This document shows positions 8,960 to 16,511 of a stretch of 24,000 nucleotides of DNA, one piece after another. The notes below the pieces were generated by a model. The model saw only the letters and a list, made by a program, of their open reading frames with translations, was not told the DNA's origin and made no database searches. Location: positions 950,387 through 974,386 of the forward strand of contig NZ_CP014163.1 in assembly GCF_001543245.1 (NCBI RefSeq), read 5' to 3'. The DNA is from Aerococcus urinaehominis. Lineage in GTDB: Bacteria; Bacillota; Bacilli; Lactobacillales; Aerococcaceae. Both the position numbers and the translations under genes were made by a program. How positions within the stretch are numbered: position 1 is the first letter of the stretch; each line of letters opens with the position of its first letter.

Positions 8960-9583
8960 CTATGCCTGCACAGCTTGCCTGTAAAGAGCTATCATTTTTT
9001 CCTGATAGCTACGATAACTGGCAACCATTAGCGGGCTGGTTACGACAGTGGCTAGCAGCATAAAACATAGTAAAGGGGTCAGGCTAGCACCTGCTACACC
9101 TGGCTGGCGTAAAGGAGCTAGGAAAATCGGGTAGCCCAATAACAACATAGCTAGTTGCAGACCTGCAATTTTAAAAGAGCAAGTCAAACGGTAGCCACAT
9201 ATTTGCCAACGGTGACCCTTGGCTAGCTGCTGACTCTCTGCCAGTAATTTTCGTGAGCCACTGTCAGACCTATCCATCAACAGGTATGGCGCTAGGCTAT
9301 AATCCAATGACTTGATCACGCCAGGAACCACCAATAGTAATGACCATAAGCCCACTTTCACACAGGTAACTAGTTGTAGAAAGACGAAGCGACTTAGGTA
9401 ACTGGTAGGCTCCTGCCTAGAACCAGCAAACAACCGCCATAAACCAAGCGCCAAGACTAACTGTGCCAAAATATTAGCTAGTAGCCCCCAAAACTCATAG
9501 AAGCTCGTTAAGTAGACATTAGCCATTAAAAGTATTAGTAAATAGATCGCCAATAAACGGTTGGTTGTTAAAGTGAGTTTCAT
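8960..9583 (-). CDS. 207-aa polytopic membrane protein, DUF975-like; candidate immunity or partner protein for the upstream GG peptide
   Basis: Track ORF 8960..9667 trimmed to the ATG at 9583, with AGGAG 8 nt upstream. It has five to six hydrophobic segments. The segment VIKSLDYSLAPYLLMDRSDSGSRKLLAESQQLAKGHRWQ resembles the DUF975 core as I remember it, which has not been verified. Confidence 0.55.
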   Translation of the reverse strand: MKLTLTTNRLLAIYLLILLMANVYLTSFYEFWGLLANILAQLVLALGLWRLFAGSRQEPTSYLSRFVFLQLVTCVKVGLWSLLLVVPGVIKSLDYSLAPYLLMDRSDSGSRKLLAESQQLAKGHRWQICGYRLTCSFKIAGLQLAMLLLGYPIFLAPLRQPGVAGASLTPLLCFMLLATVVTSPLMVASYRSYQEKMIALYRQAVQA

Positions 9584-9611
9584 TTTCAAAGCTCCTATTT
9601 CTCTTAAATTT

Positions 9612-9788
9612 TTATTGGTAAACCTGAGCTGGACAATAAACGGCTGGGAATTTAATGCTTTGGGCAATTTCGGGCCTCATCTTACCGCTAGCAACTAAGT
9701 CAGCTATCCGAGCTTGCTGAGCCCTAATATTGGCACATAGATTGCCACCACGAACTAGTCCTAGCTGACGATTATCGAGCTTATTCAT
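9612..9788 (-). CDS. Double-glycine-leader peptide precursor (58 aa) with a hydrophilic, two-cysteine 43-aa mature part
   Basis: Track ORF 9612..9878 trimmed to the ATG at 9788, preceded by AGGAGGTGAT. The start overlaps the ABC stop by 8 nt (ATGAATAA). Sequence: MNKLDNRQLGLVRGG|NLCANIRAQQARIADLVASGKMRPEIAQSIKFPAVYCPAQVYQ. The leader has L-12, L-7 and V-4. Confidence 0.75.
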   Translation of the reverse strand: MNKLDNRQLGLVRGGNLCANIRAQQARIADLVASGKMRPEIAQSIKFPAVYCPAQVYQ

Positions 9789-11949
9789 CTGAATCACCTC
9801 CTGTCTGGTCTTGGCCATACATGGCCTGATAAAGTTCAGACTGCTGTAATAGAGTTTGCTGGTCACCGTCACCAACAATCCGTCCCTGGTCTAATAAAAT
9901 CACCCGGTCAAATTGGGCAACCAAGGGTAGATGATGGGCAATAAAAATAATGGTCTTGTCTAAAGAAAGTAAGTAACTAACCACCTGCTTTTCTAGGATG
10001 GGATCCATGGCACTAGTCGCCTCATCTAAGATATAAATATCTGCATCCCGTAACAAGGCACGAGCTAGGACAATCCTTTGTTTTTGCCCACCTGATAAGT
10101 TTTGACCCCCTTCTTCGAGCGGTTGGTCTAGCCCCAGCGAATGACTCAGGGCAAAATCTCTTAAGTCCAACTGATTCATGACATATTCAATGCGGCCGAA
10201 GCTAATCTGGTCCTCTTGGTCCAAGACCAAGTTATTATACAAACTCCCCTTTATAATAAAATTATCCTGGGGCAGGTAATAAATTCGCTCGCGAAGCGAT
10301 TGAATTTTCAAATCATTAATAGCAAGGTCCTCAAAACAGATTTGACCAGTTTGGGGACGATGGAGGGCAACTAGGAGTTTGGCCAGGCTAGACTTACCAG
10401 ACCCGCTAGGCCCTACCAAGGCTACTTTTTGCCCATAAGGGATGGTTAAATTAATATCTTCTAAGGTAATTTGATTAATATTATAGGCGAAGGACAGTTG
10501 GCAGATACTGATCTCCTTCTTCAAGTTATTCGTATAAATCCCATACTGGTTGCTTGCATACTCACTGTCAATTTCCAGGACCTCATTTAAACGCTGGTTG
10601 GCAACACCAGCTTCCTGGAGACTAGCTTGAAGCTTGAAAATATTTTGCAAGGGACCAGTAAAATAAACAACTAGGGCATTGTAAGTGATTAATTGCCCCA
10701 AAGTCAGCTGGCCTTGCATCACCAGATAAGCGCCATACCACAAGGTCAGGCTAGTTGTTAACAAACCAACCAATTCTTTGATACTTTCTTGCTTAATCTC
10801 TAAAACAGCTGTAATGAGCGCATCCCGCATGGTAACTAAAAACTGAAATCTTACTGCCTGCTTAGCAGCAGTCGTATAGTTATTGGTTTTTAGGCTCTCG
10901 ATTCCTTGTAAGTATTCAATAATCTTAGCGTTCAATTGACTTTGACTGGACATTTCTTCTCTGTTGGCCTGATCGAGTGGCTTAACAAATCGGTAGATGG
11001 CCAAGAAATAAAAAGGCAAAGAGAGTAAAGTTAATAAAAATAAAAAGCCATTTTGCCAGGCTAGTGTTAACCCAACAATAACCGCCATCCCAACATCTAA
11101 AACCAGGGTGATAGATGCTGAGCCTAGAGCATTGACAATTTTATTGGCATCTAAGAAGCGAGAGATAATGTCACCGGCCTGGCGGTTAGTAAAAAAATCT
11201 AAGGGTAGGTCTAAAACATGGTTAAAATAATCTAACATAATTGTTTGGCTCATCTCTTGACCCAAAATTACCAATAATTTGCTCCGAATGTATTTAAAAA
11301 TGACCATGGCCAAGTAGGCAGCTAATAAACCTAGAGAAAAAACATTTAGCCAGTGATAGTTGTTCCGAGGAATTAATTGGTCAATCAGTACTTGAAAATA
11401 AAAAGAAGACCCAATGCTAATAGCGATGACCACTATTGAAGCCAAAATAATTTTAGCCAGCAGGATTTTATTATCCATAATCAGTGAGAAAAACTGTGAT
11501 AGCCCTTTACTTTTATGAACTTGGATTTGATAATTTTCTCCTGGCGTCGGAATCAAGAGGACACCCGTCCAAATACTTGCAAAGTCAGCCAAGCTCATCT
11601 GTATTTTAGCTTCAGCCGGATCAGCAATTAACAGTTGGTCACCCTCTAGACCATAGACAACTAGGTAATGGAGTTGGTCACCTTCTTTAATGACATGGGC
11701 GATGGCCGGGAAGGACATGTCCGGATCTTGCCAAACAGTATTATCAGCCTCAACTGCCAAACAATCAAAGCCATAGCCCTCTAAGGCTATTTTCAGACCA
11801 TAGGCAGAAGTCCCCTGCTTATCTGTACCTGATTCTCGTCTTAACCGGTGTAAGGGCACCTGGCTGCCGTAATGGGCTAGGACCATGGCCAAACAGGCAA
11901 CACCACAATCACTCTGGTCCTGTTGGGCAATAAATTTAAATTTAGCCAT
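9781..11949 (-). CDS. Bacteriocin-processing ABC transporter with N-terminal C39 peptidase domain (722 aa; ComA/LagD/BlpA type)
   Basis: C39 catalytic Cys context QDQSDCGVACLAMVLAHYG and His context HYLVVYG. It has a six-TM ABC domain, Walker A GPSGSGKSS, signature LSGGQKQR and Walker B IYILDEATSAMD. GGGGGAG lies 6 nt before the ATG. Confidence 0.95.
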   Translation of the reverse strand: MAKFKFIAQQDQSDCGVACLAMVLAHYGSQVPLHRLRRESGTDKQGTSAYGLKIALEGYGFDCLAVEADNTVWQDPDMSFPAIAHVIKEGDQLHYLVVYGLEGDQLLIADPAEAKIQMSLADFASIWTGVLLIPTPGENYQIQVHKSKGLSQFFSLIMDNKILLAKIILASIVVIAISIGSSFYFQVLIDQLIPRNNYHWLNVFSLGLLAAYLAMVIFKYIRSKLLVILGQEMSQTIMLDYFNHVLDLPLDFFTNRQAGDIISRFLDANKIVNALGSASITLVLDVGMAVIVGLTLAWQNGFLFLLTLLSLPFYFLAIYRFVKPLDQANREEMSSQSQLNAKIIEYLQGIESLKTNNYTTAAKQAVRFQFLVTMRDALITAVLEIKQESIKELVGLLTTSLTLWYGAYLVMQGQLTLGQLITYNALVVYFTGPLQNIFKLQASLQEAGVANQRLNEVLEIDSEYASNQYGIYTNNLKKEISICQLSFAYNINQITLEDINLTIPYGQKVALVGPSGSGKSSLAKLLVALHRPQTGQICFEDLAINDLKIQSLRERIYYLPQDNFIIKGSLYNNLVLDQEDQISFGRIEYVMNQLDLRDFALSHSLGLDQPLEEGGQNLSGGQKQRIVLARALLRDADIYILDEATSAMDPILEKQVVSYLLSLDKTIIFIAHHLPLVAQFDRVILLDQGRIVGDGDQQTLLQQSELYQAMYGQDQTGGDSDE

Positions 11950-11985
11950 CTATAGCTCCCCCAAATTTTAAATCAGTTTTAGCTT

Positions 11986-12050
11986 ATTCTATCTATTTAA
12001 AAACAAAACTGTGATAATCCTTCCTAAACTGCTATTAATTTTTCATGAAT
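11986..12050 (-). promoter_or_regulatory. Candidate regulated promoter of the ABC operon with paired direct repeats
   Basis: Minus strand reads ATTCATGA (12050..12043), 13 nt, GTTTAGGA (12029..12022), 30 nt, then TAGAAT (11991..11986). The repeat starts are 21 bp apart, the same layout as at 16827-16890. Confidence 0.4.
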
Positions 12051-12139
12051 CGAACAGCATAGTATATTTAACTAACTTATTCACAGTTTAAGAAGAAAAA
12101 AAGTAATTTAATGAAGGTTTTTTCTAAGAACTTAAAATC

Positions 12140-12168
12140 TTGTTATACTAAAGATGTAATCGATTACT
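12140..12168 (+). promoter_or_regulatory. Putative promoter/operator of bacteriocin module 3; contains the palindrome GTAATCGATTAC (12156-12167)
   Basis: TTGTTA (12140-12145), a 17-nt spacer, then ATTACT (12163-12168). The geometry and palindrome match 8001-8029. Confidence 0.35.
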
Positions 12169-12235
12169 AAACGAACCTTGGCAACCAATGGAAGTTTTGT
12201 TAGTTAGCTAAGCCTAGTGAAAGGAGGTCGTCATA

Positions 12236-12454
12236 ATGAATTTTACAAAATTAGAAGATCAATCACTAAAATCAATTCGAGCCGGCCATAATAAGTGGCA
12301 GCAATTAGGAGAGGTGACTAAAGGAATGGTTGAGGTTGGTGCTGGTGGTGCAGCTTTAGGTAGTGTAGTCTGTGGACCTGGTTGTGCCGTTCTAGGTGGT
12401 TTAGCAGGTGTCGCTGTAGGTGGCGCCACAGGTGCCTTAGATGCCCAAAATTAA
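12236..12454 (+). CDS. AG-leader class IIb-type bacteriocin precursor, LafA/GatA-like (alpha; 72 aa)
   Basis: Sequence: MNFTKLEDQSLKSIRAG|HNKWQQLGEVTKGMVEVGAGGAALGSVVCGPGCAVLGGLAGVAVGGATGALDAQN. The leader has L-12, L-7 and I-4. The mature N-terminus xNxWQ and the VCGPGCAV motif recall lactacin F LafA (RNNWQTN...ICGPACAV) as I remember it. AAGGAGG lies 8 nt upstream. Confidence 0.85.
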   Translation: MNFTKLEDQSLKSIRAGHNKWQQLGEVTKGMVEVGAGGAALGSVVCGPGCAVLGGLAGVAVGGATGALDAQN

Positions 12455-12484
12455 AAAATTAAATTTTAAAAGGAGGTTGGCCCT

Positions 12485-12844
12485 ATGACAAAAGCAGCAA
12501 AATATATGCGTATCTATGTCTGGATTAGATTGTTGATCAACCTGCTAGGCATAACGAGCTTTGCTTGGGATATCCTTCTAGTAGCTGCTGTCCACTTATT
12601 TACCAGCTACAAAGATTTCCACAAAATTTTTCAAGCAAACAAAAACATGACCTATTTCTTCAGCCAAGCAATCTGGCGTGGCTATGTTGATTTAACTGGA
12701 GTAGCTATGCTTATCAGATTATTACAATCAGGTCAACTGTCCTGGCAAGCCAGTGATATTATTTATAACTTTGGTGGTATTATTTTGTTAAGTTTAATTT
12801 GTACTGGAATTACTTATATAGCTGTTAGAAGGGGAGATATCTAA
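12485..12844 (+). CDS. 119-aa polytopic membrane protein, putative immunity protein (paralog B)
   Basis: AGGAGG lies 8 nt upstream. It is a paralog of 8114..8473, sharing AAKYMRIYVW, ITSFAWDI, LVAAV, IWRGYV, SWQASD and RRGDI. Its stop overlaps the next ATG (TAATG). Confidence 0.65.
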   Translation: MTKAAKYMRIYVWIRLLINLLGITSFAWDILLVAAVHLFTSYKDFHKIFQANKNMTYFFSQAIWRGYVDLTGVAMLIRLLQSGQLSWQASDIIYNFGGIILLSLICTGITYIAVRRGDI

Positions 12845-13038
12845 TGAAAATTTTACATGAAAAAACTATTAAAGCAGAAAGACTACTAAAAATAAAAGGC
12901 GGTGGTAAGCGCACTGATGTGGCATCTAATATGCTGTCGTGGGCTGCAGCTGGCTACCGCATTTGTCCCGCCTATAAACCGGTCTGTGCCGTAGTTGGAG
13001 GAGCAGCCGGTGCAGCTTATGGCGCCTGGGGTAATTAA
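12844..13038 (+). CDS. Double-glycine-leader bacteriocin precursor (beta-2; 64 aa), paralog of 8473..8670
   Basis: Sequence: MKILHEKTIKAERLLKIKGG|GKRTDVASNMLSWAAAGYRICPAYKPVCAVVGGAAGAAYGAWGN. By eye it is roughly 70 percent identical to beta-1. Confidence 0.85.
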   Translation: MKILHEKTIKAERLLKIKGGGKRTDVASNMLSWAAAGYRICPAYKPVCAVVGGAAGAAYGAWGN

Positions 13039-13054
13039 TAATAAGTAAACAACA

Positions 13055-13094
13055 TAAAAAAACTTCGCTGAGCAACTCGCTAGCGAAGTTTTTT
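13055..13094. terminator. Bidirectional terminator between the convergent beta-2 and response regulator genes
   Basis: The stem CTTCGCT/AGCGAAG pairs 13063-13069 with 13082-13088. It is flanked by an A-run (13055-13062) and a T-run (13089-13094). Confidence 0.65.
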
Positions 13095-13848
13095 ATGTCT
13101 TATGTTTAGCTAATACAAATTTTTCTAACGCCACTTTCTTGCTGGCTGAGAAGGGTAATTGGTCACCATTATCAAGCGTGAGCAATCGCTTGTCACCATC
13201 AACCAAACGAATTTTATCGGGATTGATTAGGGTGCTACGACTAATACCAAATAAGTCTTGGGGATATTCCCTTTGGTAGGCTTTAATTTTGCCATAGAAC
13301 TGATAATGCCCGGTCTCTGTCACCAGTTCCAAACGGTGGGGCAGCGATGAGATCTGGATATAAATCACCTCATCAATTAAAAATCGATAGACTTTGTTGC
13401 CTATTTTAAAAGAAATCATAGGATCCTCTTGATTTGAAACGCTATTTTCTTGGTCCGTGATCAAATTTAAACACTGGAAAATTTCTTGACGCATCACCTC
13501 TTTATCACCCTTTTCAACTAGGGCAAAGGGTTCTACCTTGCGCTTCAAGACCATAGGAGCATATTTAGTATGGCTGGTAATAAAAATAATTTTACCAAAG
13601 GGATCTATCTGGCGAATCGCTGTTGCTAAATCAATGCCATTGGTGTCAAGGTTGCCTAATTCAATATCTAGAAAATAAACACCCAGTCTCACTTGATCTG
13701 CCTGAATCTGATTAAATAAGTCAGCTGGATCTGGACTGAAGCCCCCCATTTTATAAGCATGGTTATGAAAAAGGACATAATCTTTAATGATATCAGTAAT
13801 ATCTAGTAGCTGGATAGAATTATCGTCACAAATATAGATTGAGTGCAT
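13093..13848 (-). CDS. LytTR-family response regulator (251 aa; AgrA/ComE/PlnC type)
   Basis: The receiver domain has the phospho-acceptor context VYFLDIEL. The C-terminal LytTR domain reads ISFKIGNKVYRFLIDEVIYIQ...FGISRSTLINPDKI. TAGGAGG lies 5 nt upstream. Confidence 0.9.
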   Translation of the reverse strand: MHSIYICDDNSIQLLDITDIIKDYVLFHNHAYKMGGFSPDPADLFNQIQADQVRLGVYFLDIELGNLDTNGIDLATAIRQIDPFGKIIFITSHTKYAPMVLKRKVEPFALVEKGDKEVMRQEIFQCLNLITDQENSVSNQEDPMISFKIGNKVYRFLIDEVIYIQISSLPHRLELVTETGHYQFYGKIKAYQREYPQDLFGISRSTLINPDKIRLVDGDKRLLTLDNGDQLPFSASKKVALEKFVLAKHKT

Positions 13849-15112
13849 AAAAACCTCCTAAGGGGCTGTGATAATCAATTGAACAGAAAAAGTGTTAGCT
13901 TGATTTTCAAGATGTATAAAAAGATTAGGATATTTCTTGGCGATACGCCGCAAATTAGACAAACCCAAACCCGTATGATTGGCTTTACTAGAAAAGCCCT
14001 TAATTTGAATTTTTTCTAAATCAATCGCTTGATTTAAAGAGTTTTCAATATAAATTTCAATTTGATTGCCTTCTAAATAAAACAAGATATTGATTTGACG
14101 AGCCTGGTTCTGATCAGCTACCGCCTCAAGCGCATTGTCTAATAAAATTCCTAGAATACGAATCAGGTCATAGTCAGCAAGATAAAAATCCTGTATATTA
14201 TGCGGACATTCAAAATAAACCAAGACTCCCTTGTCTGCAATCAAATAGAATTTTTCTAGTAGCAGGGCTTTTACATAAGGATTTTTTACCTTAGTAAGAT
14301 CTAAAATTTTATCATTTTTGATATCTAACTCTCTTTTTGAGTAGCTATCCAAGCCTGCTACAAATTCTAATAAATCATCTATACGATTATCATTCAAAAG
14401 AGATTTAACAGTAGTCAATAGATTCTTATAATCATGCCTAAAGGCCCTTATTTTATCTTGGCTTGCTTCTAGTTGGTCTACATATTTAGCCATATTATCT
14501 AGTCGAGCCTCCATTAACTTATGCTCGTATTCTCTCCTGTTATTTTGCAAGATAACAAATACAAACACTGCCACAACTATAATCTGCAAAACAAAAAAAT
14601 AGAAAGACTCCTGTACCCGATTTTGAGAACCTGCACTCGTAGGAAGTATAATATTATTGTAGAACCCAAGTATGTTCAGCAAAGCGAATATACTATAATT
14701 AACCAGAGGAAGTAGCGGATTTTTAAAATATGGCGAATTGATGTATCGCTTTGTCACAACTAAAGTCAAAATACACACTAGCAAACTAGGGATTAATCGC
14801 TTCAAGTAGTCAAAAAATATTATTTGCGAAACATCCTCTATTGCTTGACTCATCAAATAATTTCCTGCCACATAATCAAAGCATTCCAAAATAAATTGTG
14901 GCATTAGTGTAGCAAAAATGATCTGTGATGACTCCCTTTTTTTGAATTATATAAAAAGAAAAGGAATATGGCATAGAGAATATCGATTAAATTTACGGTA
15001 TTAAAAGGCAATAAATTGAGTAGTGAATTAAGAAAAATAAAAGGATATATGCTTACTAGGCCAATTCCAATTTTTCTTAATTTAAAATCATCTAACAGGT
15101 AAGCTGTTCCCA

Positions 15113-15120
15113 AACATCTA
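15113..15120. repeat. Target-site duplication, left copy (AACATCTA; possibly 9 bp with the A at 15112)
   Basis: Identical to 16446-16453 and immediately flanks the IS inverted repeats. Confidence 0.8.
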
Positions 15121-16445
15121 GATTAAGTCCATATAATTGTGTAAAAAGAAAAACCATAATAATCTTTTTTGGTTACAATGTAATTGGCTAAAACACATTG
15201 AAAGGAAGATTATTATGGCTCAACTAAATATTACCCTAAACTTAGAAGAAATTACAGAGGCAGTTCTAAACAGTGATATGGATCAGATGATGAAGTCCCT
15301 AACTGTAACCATCTTTAATGCCTATATGCAAGCAGAGCGTGAGGAATTTATTAATGCTAAGCGCTATGAGCGCACAGATGACCGGAAAGATTATCGTAAT
15401 GGCTCCTATAAAAGAAACTTTAAAACAAAGGTAGGGACTGTTGAACTGGATGTCCCTCGGACACGATCAGGAGAATTTGATACCAAGCTATTCGATAAAT
15501 ATCAACGTATGGACAAGGCCTTTGTGGCTGTTTTAACCGAAATGTATATTAATGGGGTCTCAACACGCCGTATTAAGAAGGTTGTTGAAACACTCTGTGG
15601 CGAAGGTGTTTCTAAATCATTTGTCTCTTCAGTAAATAAAAACTTGGACCCTGCTGTTTTCGAATTTAAAGGGCGTTCCCTAACACATACGAATTTTCGA
15701 TATGTTTATGTCGATGCCATGTATATTAAAGTTCGCGAAAACCATCGTTCTGTCTCTAAAGGTGTTTATATTGCTCAGGGTATTAACGATGATAATCGTC
15801 GCGAAATTATCGGCTTTATGATTGCTGATAATGAATCAGAAGAAAACTGGAAGAACTTCTTCCTTGATTTAAAGGCCAGAGGCCTAACTAAACCAACATT
15901 AATTATATCTGACGCCCACAAGGGACTAAAATCAGCGATTAGTAATCAATTTTTAGGCACTACCTGGCAACGGTGTACGGTTCATTTTCTACGTAATATT
16001 TTAGCTCATTTTCCAAAAAAGGATTGCAGTCATGAGAGAAGTCTTCTAAAGAGAATATTTAATGCTGATAGTCAACAAAGAGCGCGAGAGTTAAAATTTG
16101 AATTTGTAGAATACGTTAGTGGCAATGAGAAATATGACAAAGCTGTTAATACGCTAGAGGAAGGCTTCGAAGATGCTATCCCATACTTATTAGAACCCAC
16201 ACCTTATCGCGTTTCACTGAAAACAACTAACAGTCTAGAAAGGCTAAATCGAGAAATTAGAAGAAGAGAGAAAGTTGTCGGCCTCTTTCCTAATATAGAG
16301 GCTGCGGAGCGACTTATAGGAAGTGTATTGCTTGATTTGCATGAATATTGGGAGACATGTCCTCATAAATTCTTTAATAACATAGTCTAAATATTTATAC
16401 CCACCAATTACATTCTATAATTTACACAAGATTGTGGACTTGACA
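15121..16445 (+). mobile_element. IS256-family insertion sequence (about 1.3 kb)
   Basis: Imperfect terminal inverted repeats: left gattAAGTCCAtataaTTGTGTAAA (15121-15145), against the right-end reverse complement tgtcAAGTCCAcaatcTTGTGTAAA (16445-16421). It has a single transposase ORF and a perfect 8-9 bp direct repeat of the target. Confidence 0.85.
15215..16390 (+). CDS. IS256-family (mutator-type) DDE transposase (391 aa)
   Basis: Track ORF 15137..16390 trimmed to the ATG at 15215 (GAAAGGAAG upstream). MAQLNITLNLEE...YERTDDRKDYRNGSYKRNFKTKVGTVELDVPRTRSGEF...VYVDAMYIKVRE...ISDAHKGL...WQRCTVHFLRN is a typical IS256-family sequence. Confidence 0.9.
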   Translation: MAQLNITLNLEEITEAVLNSDMDQMMKSLTVTIFNAYMQAEREEFINAKRYERTDDRKDYRNGSYKRNFKTKVGTVELDVPRTRSGEFDTKLFDKYQRMDKAFVAVLTEMYINGVSTRRIKKVVETLCGEGVSKSFVSSVNKNLDPAVFEFKGRSLTHTNFRYVYVDAMYIKVRENHRSVSKGVYIAQGINDDNRREIIGFMIADNESEENWKNFFLDLKARGLTKPTLIISDAHKGLKSAISNQFLGTTWQRCTVHFLRNILAHFPKKDCSHERSLLKRIFNADSQQRARELKFEFVEYVSGNEKYDKAVNTLEEGFEDAIPYLLEPTPYRVSLKTTNSLERLNREIRRREKVVGLFPNIEAAERLIGSVLLDLHEYWETCPHKFFNNIV

Positions 16446-16453
16446 AACATCTA
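16446..16453. repeat. Target-site duplication, right copy (AACATCTA)
   Basis: Identical to 15113-15120. Confidence 0.8.
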
Positions 16454-16511
16454 AAAGCAAAAACGGCTACTATTCTTAATAAAAAGGCCCAAAGTGTCAT
16501 ATCTATACTAC

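Noticed and set aside
9789-9878. Upstream extension of the 88-aa track ORF, and likewise 9584-9667 for the 235-aa ORF
   Set aside because: The extensions overlap the preceding genes and lack ribosome-binding sites. The internal ATGs at 9788 and 9583 have AGGAGG and AGGAG at proper spacing.
14904-15113. 69-aa ORF as an independent small membrane protein gene
   Set aside because: Its TTG start is an artefact of the IS boundary. The frame continues in phase with 16527..16454 once the IS is removed, so it is the second fragment of the histidine kinase.
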